Below the pieces are notes generated by a model. That model was not told where the DNA came from and made no database searches. It saw only the letters and a program-made list of their open reading frames with translations. Of a stretch of 64,000 nucleotides of DNA, positions 1 to 10,945 are shown piece by piece (the first letter of the stretch is position 1; each line of letters opens with the position of its first letter). The position numbers and the translations under genes are program-made. This DNA is from Chara braunii (taxonomy: Eukaryota; Plantae; Charophyceae). The stretch covers positions 5,292,052 to 5,356,051 of the forward strand of contig BFEA01000013.1 in assembly GCA_003427395.1 (NCBI GenBank), given 5' to 3'.

Positions 1-617
1 TCGGTTCTCTCCATAGCGCTCCGCCGCTGCCGCGCCGACACTCACTGGCCTTGATCCCCAAACCTTCATAATAGTAATCCGATACCGTAACCTATAGGGC
101 TAAGCCCAAGCCTGAGACCAAAACACGCCGAGTGCCATATAAGACGGTGCGGCGCGGCGCTTTGGGCCAATAAAAACGGTTGCGCGGCTCTCAGTGTCCG
201 CGCCGGTTCACTTATACCGTGCTATAATCGCCCTGCGCGCCATCCTACGACACCCCGCTTACCGCCCGAANCCGCGCCGTTGTTGCCAACGCCGTTGTCG
301 GGGCCGCTCTCCGCACGCGCGCTCGACTTGGTCAAAAGTACCAATCAACATTTCCATATCAATTACTCCTAATCTAATTCACAAAAAAATAAATAAAATT
401 TGGCCGGCGCTCACGCCGGCTCTTTAAATGCCAATAAAAATCACGTGCGCCTCAAGTATGCGCGCCCACACACTCTCTACGCTAGTCGACCATCCTATCA
501 ACGTAAAATACAGACGCGGCCACGCCTAGCGCAGTATACCCAAACTATAGATTAAACTATTTTCTGTCACTTGCAAAAACCAGGGCGGATACCCTTGTAA
601 GGGTATTCGCACCGACA
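1..617 (-). mobile_element. Giant non-coding TG..CA element family, copy 3 (hairpin-bearing terminus only; continues left of the window)
   Basis: 1-617 is colinear with 57150-57627 (e.g. cgcgcccacacactct and gcaaaaaccagggcgga[t/c]acccttgtaagggtattcgcaccgaca). Similarity stops exactly at ...accgaca (617). Confidence 0.8.
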
Positions 618-680
618 GCGTGACGCGGCCGGGAGGGTCCCGCGCTGCCCTGGTGCGGTGTCGGACCGATGTGCTCGGCA
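618..680 (+). mobile_element. Giant non-coding element family, copy 4 (last 63 bp; copy 3 inserted into it)
   Basis: gcgtgacgcggccgggagggtcccgcgctgccctggtgcggtgtcggaccgatgtgctcggca closely matches the reverse complement of 49643-49704, the terminus of copy 2. It ends in CA and is followed by tcgc. Confidence 0.75.
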
Positions 681-3600
681 TCGCGCACCAGAAGATATCT
701 GGCCTGAGTAAGATCCCATCGTCCGCTAGTCATCTGCACGCCCGGAAGAGTCGCCTGTCAGAAAAGACGTTCCCAGATTTCACAAGCCTCATCATAAAAA
801 ACGACGACGTCGAAACGCTCGGACCGAGAGATGCTAAATCTATTCGCACGCACCCTTCTCACGTGATGAAGAAGACTGAACGGACCTTGTTGATCATTAA
901 GCCATAGCGCAATATAGAGAAACATTCCTCTAATCTCTAGAATGTTTTTCATTACTGGACTCACTTCGTGAACTACAAAGAGGTTCATGTCTCGATAATC
1001 TCGTGATGGATTAGGCGGTGCAAAATCAAACCACAAAATATATTGCTTCTATTGAATCAAGAAAATATAGCTCCGCGGTGGTTTCCTCACGCTCGCATCT
1101 CAAAACCGTGCCTCATCCCTTTCTGAAAAAAAATTATGTGGATTATAAAACAATCTCCCTTTCCGTATCATACCAGCATATGATCTTGTCGGCACGGTTA
1201 GCCAATTCGTCGCCGCCTCACGAGTGTTGAACAAACGAAGGATTACAGCTCCTGCAGACATCTGGAAGACAAAGTAGTAACTTTGTCAAGGCAAGTTTAA
1301 ATATACCAGCTTCTATACTCAATTTTTATTCCCTTACCGAGCCATGATTATTGTGTGACGGTCCTACCGCGAAAATAGTGCCTACTTGCACCTCCTTTGA
1401 CACTAATTGGAACATGAACAGGGCTTCTTCTGATACCAGTTCCCCATACGCTGGTGACTCTTAAGACGGCCACCCAAGAGGGTACTCAATTCAACCTCCC
1501 CTTTACTTGAAAGCATGAGAAAGTGACTACTCTTAGTTACAAGACACCCTACCCTCTAGGAAGTGGTATGGAATACCCCTCCTCCTCGTCCGAACACATT
1601 GTTAAGGTCTCAGAAATTGGGTTGGCGCCACCGCGGTACAACATAGTATTCCCCCGTGCTACGGTCCAATCCTGGTCGATAACAGGGCCGACTCCTAAAG
1701 CAACGAACCCCCGCCCCAGATGCCTCCTAGAGAGAAGAAGCCTTAGTCCTTAGCTACAAACAACTTTCTCTATGCCTCCACACTAAGAGTTGACTTAGAC
1801 GAATCAAGAAGGATAGCTTGAAAAGAAAGTAAGACTCTTTTGGACGAGTACAGAAAGAAAATGGTCATTCGGGATAGAATGAGAGTTCCTTGGGAAGATA
1901 CTAAATTACTTTCTTATCTTCACTTTTTTTTTCCACGAATTTCATTTCTTCGACACCCGTCAATTCACCTTTTTCACTATATTCTTCTTTTGGCATGCAT
2001 ATGGGTAAAAGTGGGAGGAAGGTGAACATTCTCATCATTCCTCGAGCAAGCATAATGCCGATCCCTTCTTACATGCATCCATTTACCCACCTTCACAACC
2101 AAACAGAAGCAACAACCTAAAACCGTTCATGCCCCAACCGGAGTCAGCCCCCTCCCACATGCATGACATCACACACTTTTTCCTACCTCTCCCTGAATCC
2201 AAGCAAGGGTCATGCAAAGTGTGGGTACACACAGGTATGTAAGGGAAGCTGAGTCGCAACTGATCTTAAGTAAAGTTGAAAACGGTCCACTCAAGAAAGT
2301 CAAGTATTCTTTCAAAAGCTCGGTTGCACAACTCTCGTTGTGGTCGTTCACAAAAGATAATCCACGTCCTTCTTCAGGCGTCACCATTGACACAGGCCAC
2401 GCTCACTAGGACTGATGCGCAATAGCCCTCGAGGAGGGTGTCCTCACTTTCAAGTCTCACGTAGTCAACTACATTCTCAGCGGCACCCCTCCCACCAAGA
2501 ACAACGCCACCTCCATCTCCAATCCAATCCTCCACCAATTACCGAGTCTGATCACCACATGCATGCCACAATATTTATTTCAGTCTCATTCCCCACTCAC
2601 TTAGTCCTAGAATGACCCCATACCATCGCCGCAATACTAGGTGGTCCCAAACTCAAAACCCCTCTTGCACTGCGCGCCGTAAAAAAATAAAGGTGATCCT
2701 GATTAAAACCGCAGGTGTCGCATGCCTCAACAAAAATTCCCTTAGATAAGAAGATCGTCACCACAAAGTCATCAACAAATGATCCACACCATTCCCTTGT
2801 GACGAACGCCTGCCACATTACTCCCCCAACACCTATAATTCACCCCCAACAACTTGACAACGTCTTGCCAAAATTGTGGACTACCTACAGCTAGCTCTGG
2901 TAGAACCGGGACTTTTGGAAAAAGAAAGAACCGGTCCTCGGGTGGAAGTGGACCCCAAAAAGAAGTGGGGCTGGGGTAAGGGCCCTCAGGCCAGGGCATT
3001 GAGGCCCGTCTTCTCGAAACAGGGAGGTAAGATGCAATGAAATAGACGTTTTGCAAGAGGCACCTTTGGCGATTTTCTGTGCTTTGAGGAACCCGCAGAA
3101 AAATCTAAAATTTTGAGAATCCATATACGAGGTCGTGTTCTTTCTATGAAAAATATTAGAACATTTTTAAAAAATCATTTAAATTGAGAAATAATCGTCG
3201 CGCCAATAAAGTACATTTTTTATTTTTGCCACTCAACCATGTGTGGGCCAACTTAAGAAGTACTCTAAATTTAGTGAGTTTTCACTCTCAGAAGAATGCG
3301 TGAAAAAACCTGAAAACTGGAATACTCGTAGATTTTGTTGTGATCTTTCCAGGAAAAACGCTAAATAAATTTAAAAAAAATCATTCCAACTGCGAAATAG
3401 ATCGCGACCGCTGTCGTAGCAAACACCTTTACAAAGGTATTTGCCGTTGTTTTTGAATATCGCACTGGGTGCGTCCTTGATATACGTAATGCACTGATGG
3501 GACAGATCCCGTCGGGACGCTCGTCTCGGCAACCTCGCTCTTGGCGAGAGTCCGAGCCTGGTATAGTCGAGTTAGAGGGTGTGTGGAGCTCGCATTATTG

Positions 3601-4404
3601 CGTAGCACAGTAAGATGACCATTAATCGTCGGCGATACCAGGCTAGCGAGCAAGGAATGAGCTTGACCAAAAGCGCACGTAGCGCAGTTCGTGGAGCCAT
3701 AATAGAAAATTGACAAGCAAGCCCATGGTCGATGTAGGCTATGCCCGAGGAAAGCCGGTAGGAAGACGCCAAAGCCATAGGGCCCAAGCCTGGGTTCGAC
3801 TGGCAAGACCAAGAGGGCGTCGACAGGTCTTCGTCCTCTTAATTCTACTATTTTTATTTTGTTGATTTATTTTTATTTTTATTTCTCTCCATTTTTTTTG
3901 CCTGTTGACCAGACCGGAAATTGGCTCCGGAACCGACGACGAAAAAGGTACCGCAAGGAAGGATGAAAGGAACCATGAAAGAAAGAAGAGAACGCTTGAA
4001 ATTGTTGAGCGATGAGCGGATGGAGAGAAGTCGTCTACCCACACCTGGTCGAGGGCTTGGTCGCCACCATCATTGGCTAGGACACTGGGTGCCTGCCAGC
4101 ATGGGTTGCTGTGACAGCATTGCAGTGGGGAATAATGGGGACTTTCCCCCATGGGTGACCGTCATGGCAGTCGATGACCTTGAGCACGCGCCTCTTTTGG
4201 CGGGCCCGTTCGGTTCCTGCGTATTCGGGATGCTGATGATATTCCTCTATCCTGCCCGTCTTGAAGCATGGTCCGAGGATTCTAGATTCAACATACATGC
4301 GAGCGGTGAGTGATCAGCCTACGAGGTGGAAAAAGCCTGAGTGGCGGGACCAGCACCTGCGGGTGCACCTTCCACCAACCACGATTGCTGTGAGAAGTTT
4401 GAAT

Positions 4405-4920
4405 GTAAACAGTCTGTGGGAATAGTGCCACTATCTCCGGTGGTACCCCCGCGGACTGTTGAAAAACAGTCTGTGGGAATAGTGCCATTAGCTTAGGTGG
4501 TACCCCCGCGGACTGTTGAAAAAACAGTCTGTGGGAATAGTGNGCACCTTCCACCAACCACGATTGCTGTGAGAAGTTTGAATGTAAACAGTCTGTGGGA
4601 ATAGTGCCACTATCTCCGGTGGTACCCCCGCGGACTGTTGAAAAACAGTCTGTGGGAATAGTGCCATTAGCTTAGGTGGTACCCCCGCGGACTGTTGAAA
4701 AAACAGTCTGTGGGAATAGTGTCACTGTCTCAAGTGGTACACCCGCGGACTGTTGAAAAACAGTCTGTGGGAATAGTGCCACTATCTCCGGTGGTACCCC
4801 CGCGGACTGTTGAAAAACAGTCTGTGGGAACAGTGCCGCTGTCTCAGGTGGTACACCCGCGGACTGTTGAAAAACAGTATGTGGGAACAGTGCCACTGTC
4901 TCAACTGGTACACCCGTGAG
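4405..4920. repeat. Tandem array of ~57-bp units with internal hairpins
   Basis: Unit aaaaacagtctgtgggaatagtgccactatctccggtggtacccccgcggactgttg; gactgtt/aacagtc and gtgccac/gtggtac are inverted arms. Part of the array is duplicated across a single N at 4544. Confidence 0.9.
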
Positions 4921-7889
4921 CTGAAGAAAATAGGCTTGTGGGACCAGCACCACGGCCTAGCTCAGCTTGTACACCCACGAACTGATGAAATACAGACCTG
5001 TGTTCGAACTCCGCTGAAAGCAAATGAAAAAAAATAGATGCTACAAATTTGAACTGCACACGGTTGGTCAGCTTGAAGGGGCTACCTCAAGCCTGCAGTT
5101 GCAATCAGATACATTCAGGAACATGCTAGTGTGGGTACGCCCTGATTCTGATCTCAGATTTTATTTTATTTTTTTATTTTTTTAATTCTTATTCATTTTA
5201 TTGCTGCCTACAAAGTGGCCCTGAACGAACTTGGCACCAGGCTTGACTAGATTCATCCGGTGATAAACTGTCTGGACTGGGTCTGAAGAGTGTTGTAAAA
5301 AAAACAAAAAAAAAACAATCCGACAGCGGAGCAGCAAAGGGTTGTTTTCTTCAAGGTTCGGTTGCTGTCGGACTGGGTAATGGTGGAGAGCGTTAATTGA
5401 GAGCGTGGGTCAAGGGCTGTTTTCTTCGAAATTGAGTGGCTGTCGGACTTGGGTACAGGGGGCGAAAGACTTACCGCCGAACAATAGCCAGTTCATCGCG
5501 CAACTTTTCTTCAAACAATGAGTGTGGTCCGAATGAAATCGGCTGGGTTGCGCTAAAGTACCTGCGGAGGAAGAAGGCGGGTAGGAGAAGAAAGGAAGAG
5601 AAAGTTAGGAGAGGGGACTACGAGGAGAATGAGGAAGAAGATGAAAGGAGGGATCGAGTTTAGTAAGAGGAGAGAGTGGTAAGGCAGTAGTGAGAGAGTA
5701 AGAGGAGAGACAAGGTAAGTGAAGGAGGGTGAATGAACCTGGTCGGGATCGGGTCCACATACACGAAGACGAAGTGAAGAAGAGCGGGAGTGGAAGTTGA
5801 GTGGTTCGCTTATTTCTCAACGGATTCAAGCAAGGGAGGACTCAAAACCAAGGTTTTGAGACAAGGCGAACGCGATGGTCACATTAGTTTGGGCGTTAGA
5901 GTAGTGGACGGAGAGTTATTAGACAAAGAGGGTCCGCGGAGAAGTCGAGGAAGACGACGAGGAGGAAGAAGGGAGCTAAAAGTTTGTGTATCTCGGTCGT
6001 TTATTGACCGTTTTGAGCAAGTGAAGATGCTAATCGGGGGTTTCAGGGCGCTCCGAACAAGATGGTTGCATCCGATTCCTGTTTAAGGCAGCAGGCTTGA
6101 TGGTACATGCTGCGGGGGCTGCGCGGAGGGGGGAACTATTTTTCCATGTTTTAGCGGAAGTTCCATTCTCATTTTGCATATTGGTGAGTAGGGGAGCGAG
6201 GCCCCATAGCCACGCACCCCACCTTCAAATTGGCACTTCTTGTTCGTCCTTGCAAACGTGGTTTTCCTTCTTCATGATTACCATCGTCGTTCTTCATGGT
6301 TATGCTCGTTTCCTCGGTGCATTCGAATCTCGGATGTCTGTTTCAGCAGTGGCGCTCGGCCTGTTTGTACCTGCTTCGACATGAATCTGACTGAGATCCA
6401 TGCCAGATTCGGGGGAGGCTAGACGCAAGCAAGAGACGAAGGAAAATTTGTGGCAAGGAAGGTGTGATTGGGCTTAGGTATGTTTGACCCGAACCTAGCC
6501 ATAGTTGTGGCCAGGTGCATTTTGGACAGCAGAGCGCAGAGCTGACTGGGAGGAATGGAGGTGAATGAACTTGGACGCAGCCTTTTGCTACATGCATAAG
6601 GGAAATAGCAGTAGTTTAACTTGGATTTAGCACTGCATTTGCGGATGATCTAGTGCTAGATTCACTCCCATGCTGCAGGCTCGGTGACGAGGGGGAGAAG
6701 GGTATTTCCAAGATGGCAGTAATTGCCTCGTGCTATCACTGTCATCGCCCGCTGCCCTGCCCTATTGCAATCGGATCCTCATCACCCTGACTACCATCGT
6801 GTTGCAGTGCCGCTGAGTAGGAGGTTGTGCTGGTCGTAGTTTGAAGCTGTGATTTATTTTAGCAGAAGATTCACCCTCGTTTTTGCCATTCAGTAAGTAA
6901 TGAGGCGGGGATGAGGAATCTGTCGGGTGCAACTACGAGACTTCGTGCAAAGCAGGCAATTAATCAACAGAGCAGTGGGAACGAACTGCCTGCAGGAACA
7001 GAAATTTGGAAAAGAGAGAGGGAGCGTCCATTATCGTAGTACTATTGTTTGCGGTCGTGCTCATTGATGTACTATTCGATTTCGTGTTCTTTATTTCGGA
7101 TTGTGTTGAGGAGATTATTATGTTCATCTCCCCCATGAAGCTCGACATCTTCGTGCTGTCTCGGTGCACTCATCCCTATCTCGCTCTTGCTTTTAGTGAA
7201 GATCGTGGCCAACGGGCAACGTATTTCCCCGTGTTCTAACGGAAGATCCATCCTCATTTTGCTCAAAGTACAGTGGAGGTCGTGGCTGTAGTCGGGGGTG
7301 ATTCCTTGCGGGAAGACGTGCTTGGGTTGCTCGCTGTTGAAGATCAGTTGGATGCAGTATATTTATGTTGTTCCCTACTAAATGTGGACGGTGGTCATAT
7401 CCAAGTACAAGAAAAGAGAAGGCGGATGACCTACCTGCCAACGAAAGGAGAGAGCATGGACGTGTTGCCCATCGTCTCGTCGGGGGCGAACTGCTAACGT
7501 TTCGGGTTGGAGCCTTGGAGGTAGTGACGCTACGGACGGGCAATGGCAGACTGGAAACAACTCGTTGTTCGTCGTGTTCGTGCGTCGTCATTATCTGGGT
7601 CGCAGCGAAGGTACCTCGAGGTGGCCATAGTGCCAATAGAAGGCCGCAGCCCTGTTTTTTCGAAATCGTTGTAATCACCCCCACCTGGGCGTTGGACGTG
7701 GTTGTGCTCTAACTCGGTAATGCGCAATTGTTTTTCCTTTCAAGTGCACCGAACAACGTAGGCAGGCAGGTGCATTGGGGGGCTGAGCTCGCTGTTGCGT
7801 AGGCATCTACCTGATAGTAGATAGAGATAGAGAGAGAGAGGGGGGGGGATCGCCGAATACTTACCTGGCTAAGACAAGCAGGTGGGCGG

Positions 7890-8415
7890 CAGACTGAAGA
7901 AGTGCCTGTCGGACTGTGTATTACTCACACAGTTGGAGGGAAGCTGCAACAGACCCGCAACAGACTAAGGAAGTGTATGTCGGACTGTGTGTTACTCACA
8001 CAGTCGGAAGGGAGTTGCAGCAGGTTACAAGGGAGATAAACAACTTACCAAGTGGACTGTGCACATTCACACAGGTCGGAAGGAACAGCAATATACCAAG
8101 AGCAAACGAAGGACTTACCTGTTGGACTGTGTGTTGCTCACACAGTCAAAGAAAAGCAGCTACGGGCCAGCAGCAGCTCGAAGACTTCCCTGTTGCAGAG
8201 TACAGTGCACACACAAACCGGAGGGAGTAGCGATAGGGACATCAGCAACTCGAAGACTTCTCTGTTGTAGAGTACAGTGCACACACAGATCGGAGGGAGT
8301 AGCGACAGGGACAGCAGGGAGCTGGAGACTTACCTGTTGCACGATACGGTGCACACACAGACCGGAGGGAGTAACGAGAGGGGCAATAACAGTTGAAGAT
8401 TTACCTGTTGGAAGG
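7890..8415. repeat. Degenerate ~70-bp tandem array with gactgtgtg...cacacagtc hairpin
   Basis: Recurring gacttacctgttggactgtgtgttgctcacacagtc(g)gaaggga motif, about 7 units. Confidence 0.75.
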
Positions 8416-9428
8416 GGCGTTGCTCGTCCGATCGAAGGAAGTAGTGTGAGACCAATAGTGGGACAGTTGCTGCTGTTGTCATCCTCATATCGATGGCGTT
8501 AGCATTTCCTGTGCTACCAATGCTGTGGTGCGGTGCTGCTGTCTGAGCACTGCTGTTTTTTTTTGTAAGAGTGTTGTTGCAACAGGTGGCTGCCCCCGAC
8601 AGCAAGTGGGACTGCTGCTGTTGTTGGCATCTTCATATCACCGTCGTTGGCATAGTTGATCGTTGTGCTGCCGATGCTGTGGTGCAGTGTTGCTGTCTGA
8701 GCACTGTTGTTTTTACGGTAAGGGTGTTGTTACAACAGGTGGCTAACCCCGACAACAGGTGAGACTTCTGTTGAAGTTGATAATAATTTTTGGCAGCGGT
8801 GATTGTTGACTCAACTTGAAGGCGCTGCTATTATTATCTTTCAGAGATTGCAGTGCAAGGGTGGATTGAAGGTTGTTGTTACCACAGAGAACTCGCTGCC
8901 GCACCTGGGACATTGGCTACATACTTGAGCGACTGGCTACCATTGCGGGGCCCTCAGGATCTGAAGGCAACAAGGCCCTCTCCACGCGAGTCTGAGCGAC
9001 CCCTCTTGAATCTTGAGAGACTGACTTTACTTTTTTTTTCCTTCTTCCTCTCAGTCTAGTCTGTGTTCGGAGAGGAAGGCGGCAGGCGGGATTGCAAACC
9101 GTAGGACCGCATCAAGGCCTTTGTGGGAGGTCGACCCACCGATTGCGGGAGCTCTGCCGGAGCCCAAGCGGGACTCTGGAGGCAGGAAACTCAGAGCTAG
9201 GCCGACACGATACCTTTAGCTATCCCAATAAACCTCTATTTATACAAACCTGGTGTTTGATCTGGCTGACTTTGACTTGCGTATATGTTTGTTTTCTTTT
9301 TCAAGACTTTAACTAAACCAGAAATGGTATCTACTATGCATGTTAATTCATCCGTCTGTGGTAAAAATCACGATGTTTGCATGCGATGATCTGAATAGGG
9401 CTGGAGATGAGGTCTTCTGACAGATTCA

Positions 9429-10105
9429 GCCGCTTTGCTGATTGTCCGGACATTGAGACGGGGCGGGGTCAGGAGCTGCCGCTTTGCTGATTGCCTGGGC
9501 ATTGAGACAGGGCGGGGTCAGGACCTGCCGCTTTGCTGATTGCCTGGACATTGAGACGGGGCGGGGTCAGGACCTACCGCTTTGCTGATTATCTGGACAT
9601 TGAGACGGGGCGGGGTCAGGACCTGCCGCTTTGCTGATTGNCTGGACATTGAGACGGGGCGGGGTCAGGACCTGCCGCTTTGCTGATTTCCTGGACATTG
9701 AGACGGGACGGGGTCAGGACCTGCCGCTTTGCTGATTGTCTGGACATTGAGACGGGGCGGGGTCATGACCTGCCGCTTTGCTGATTGTCTGGATATTAAG
9801 ACGGGGCGGGTTCATGACCTGCCACTTTGCTGATTGCCTGGACATTGAGACGGGGCGGGGTCATGACCTGCCGCTTTGCTGATTGCCTGGACATTGAGAC
9901 AGAGCGGGGTCAGGACCTTCCACTTTGCTGATTGCATGGATATTGAGACGGGGCGGGGTCAGGACATGCCGCTTTGCTGATTGTCTGGACATTGAGACGG
10001 GGCAGGGTCAGGATCTGCCGCTTACCTGATTGCCTGGACATTGAGACGGGGCGGGGTCAGGACCTGCCGCTTTGTTGTTTGCCTGAGACATTGAAATGGG
10101 GCTGG
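9429..10105. repeat. 49-bp tandem array (~14 units), most units with a GGGGCGGGG box
   Basis: Unit gacctgccgctttgctgattgcctggacattgagacggggcggggtcag; period 49 counted between 9471 and 9520. Confidence 0.95.
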
Positions 10106-10569
10106 AGATGAGGTCCTTCTGGCCGATCCGGTCGCTTTGCTAAGTCAGTCAGTTTTGCTTGTTGACAAACGTCTGACTCTTCTTCTTGTGAGAATAGTTC
10201 AGGCTAGTGTGTTGGTGATTGCATGGGGTTTGACTTAGAACAACTTGGGAAGTTAATGAACTAAATAAGATACAGGACTCATGTTTTTGTGATCAGGACA
10301 AATGAAAGATGAGAACTTTGGATAAACAAATCCTTGTTTTGAATTGGTTGAATGTGTTATTGACTTGACATACTTGTTGGCAATGCCTTATCTTTTGCTC
10401 AGTGCTCTGTTTGTCTTTTGCATTATAGGGTAGTCTGTTAGTGCTCGCCTTATGCTTGAGCGATAGGCAGGTAGATGTTCACTTTTGTGTCCGTATTTGT
10501 CTTTTTCATGTATGTTTGTTTTGATAGGACTTTGGCTAGCCTTTGAATTAGTAAAAATTTTTGGAGTCT

Positions 10570-10945
10570 CTTTTCCTAGGGGAAATGCTGTCGAAATTTC
10601 TGCTGAATCCTAAAAGATAGCCAAGGTTTTGAGATGTCAGCTAGGATATGGTATAGTTTAGTCTTTGGGGACAGTAGGAATTCTGGAAGCCTTCCTTTCT
10701 AAAGGAAGTGCTGCCNCCAAGGTTTTGAGATGTCAGCTAGGATATGGTATAGTTTAGTCTTTGGGGACAGTAGGAATTCTGGAAGCCTTCCTTTCTAAAG
10801 GAAGTGCTGCCGAAATTTCTACTGAAACCAAAACGTTAGTTTAGTTTCAGATGATTTTCATAATCGCGACTTTTTCTTTTTAGATTTAGTTTAGTAAATA
10901 TTTTTCGAGCACACTTCCCTAAAGGAAGTGCTGCCGAAATTTTCG
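10570..10945. repeat. Degenerate repeat built on GGAAGTGCTGCCGAAATTT
   Basis: Motif at ~10580, ~10704, ~10800 and ~10924. Inverted counterpart array at 51510-52040. Confidence 0.7.

Noticed and set aside
585-617. Helitron 3' end (subterminal hairpin)
   Set aside because: There is no CTRR terminus or A|T insertion, and complete copies have TG..CA ends and 4-bp TSDs, which Helitrons do not make.
1429-1438. Minus-strand PBS (tggtatcaga)
   Set aside because: No adjacent LTR terminus at the expected spacing and no associated gag, so it cannot be supported.
4365-4720. Near-exact ~180-bp duplication across a single N (also 10621-10810 across the N at 10716)
   Set aside because: Identical sequence on both sides of a one-base gap is typical of unmerged contig overlaps, so this is probably an assembly artefact that inflates copy 1 by ~270 bp.
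4405-4920. CRISPR-like array of palindromic repeats, or a 19-aa repeat protein (FPQTVFQQSAGVPPEIVAL)
   Set aside because: Units are contiguous with no unique spacers, there are no cas genes and the context is eukaryotic. The ORFs arise because 57 is a multiple of 3, and some units break the frame.
4982-5020. Hammerhead ribozyme (ctgatga...gaaa) suggesting a retrozyme
   Set aside because: I could not build the three flanking stems or a cleavage triplet around the motif.
7857-7868. U1 snRNA gene (ATACTTACCTGG)
   Set aside because: Only the first 12 nt match; the downstream sequence lacks the U1 stem-loops and Sm site. It is better read as an antisense splice donor.
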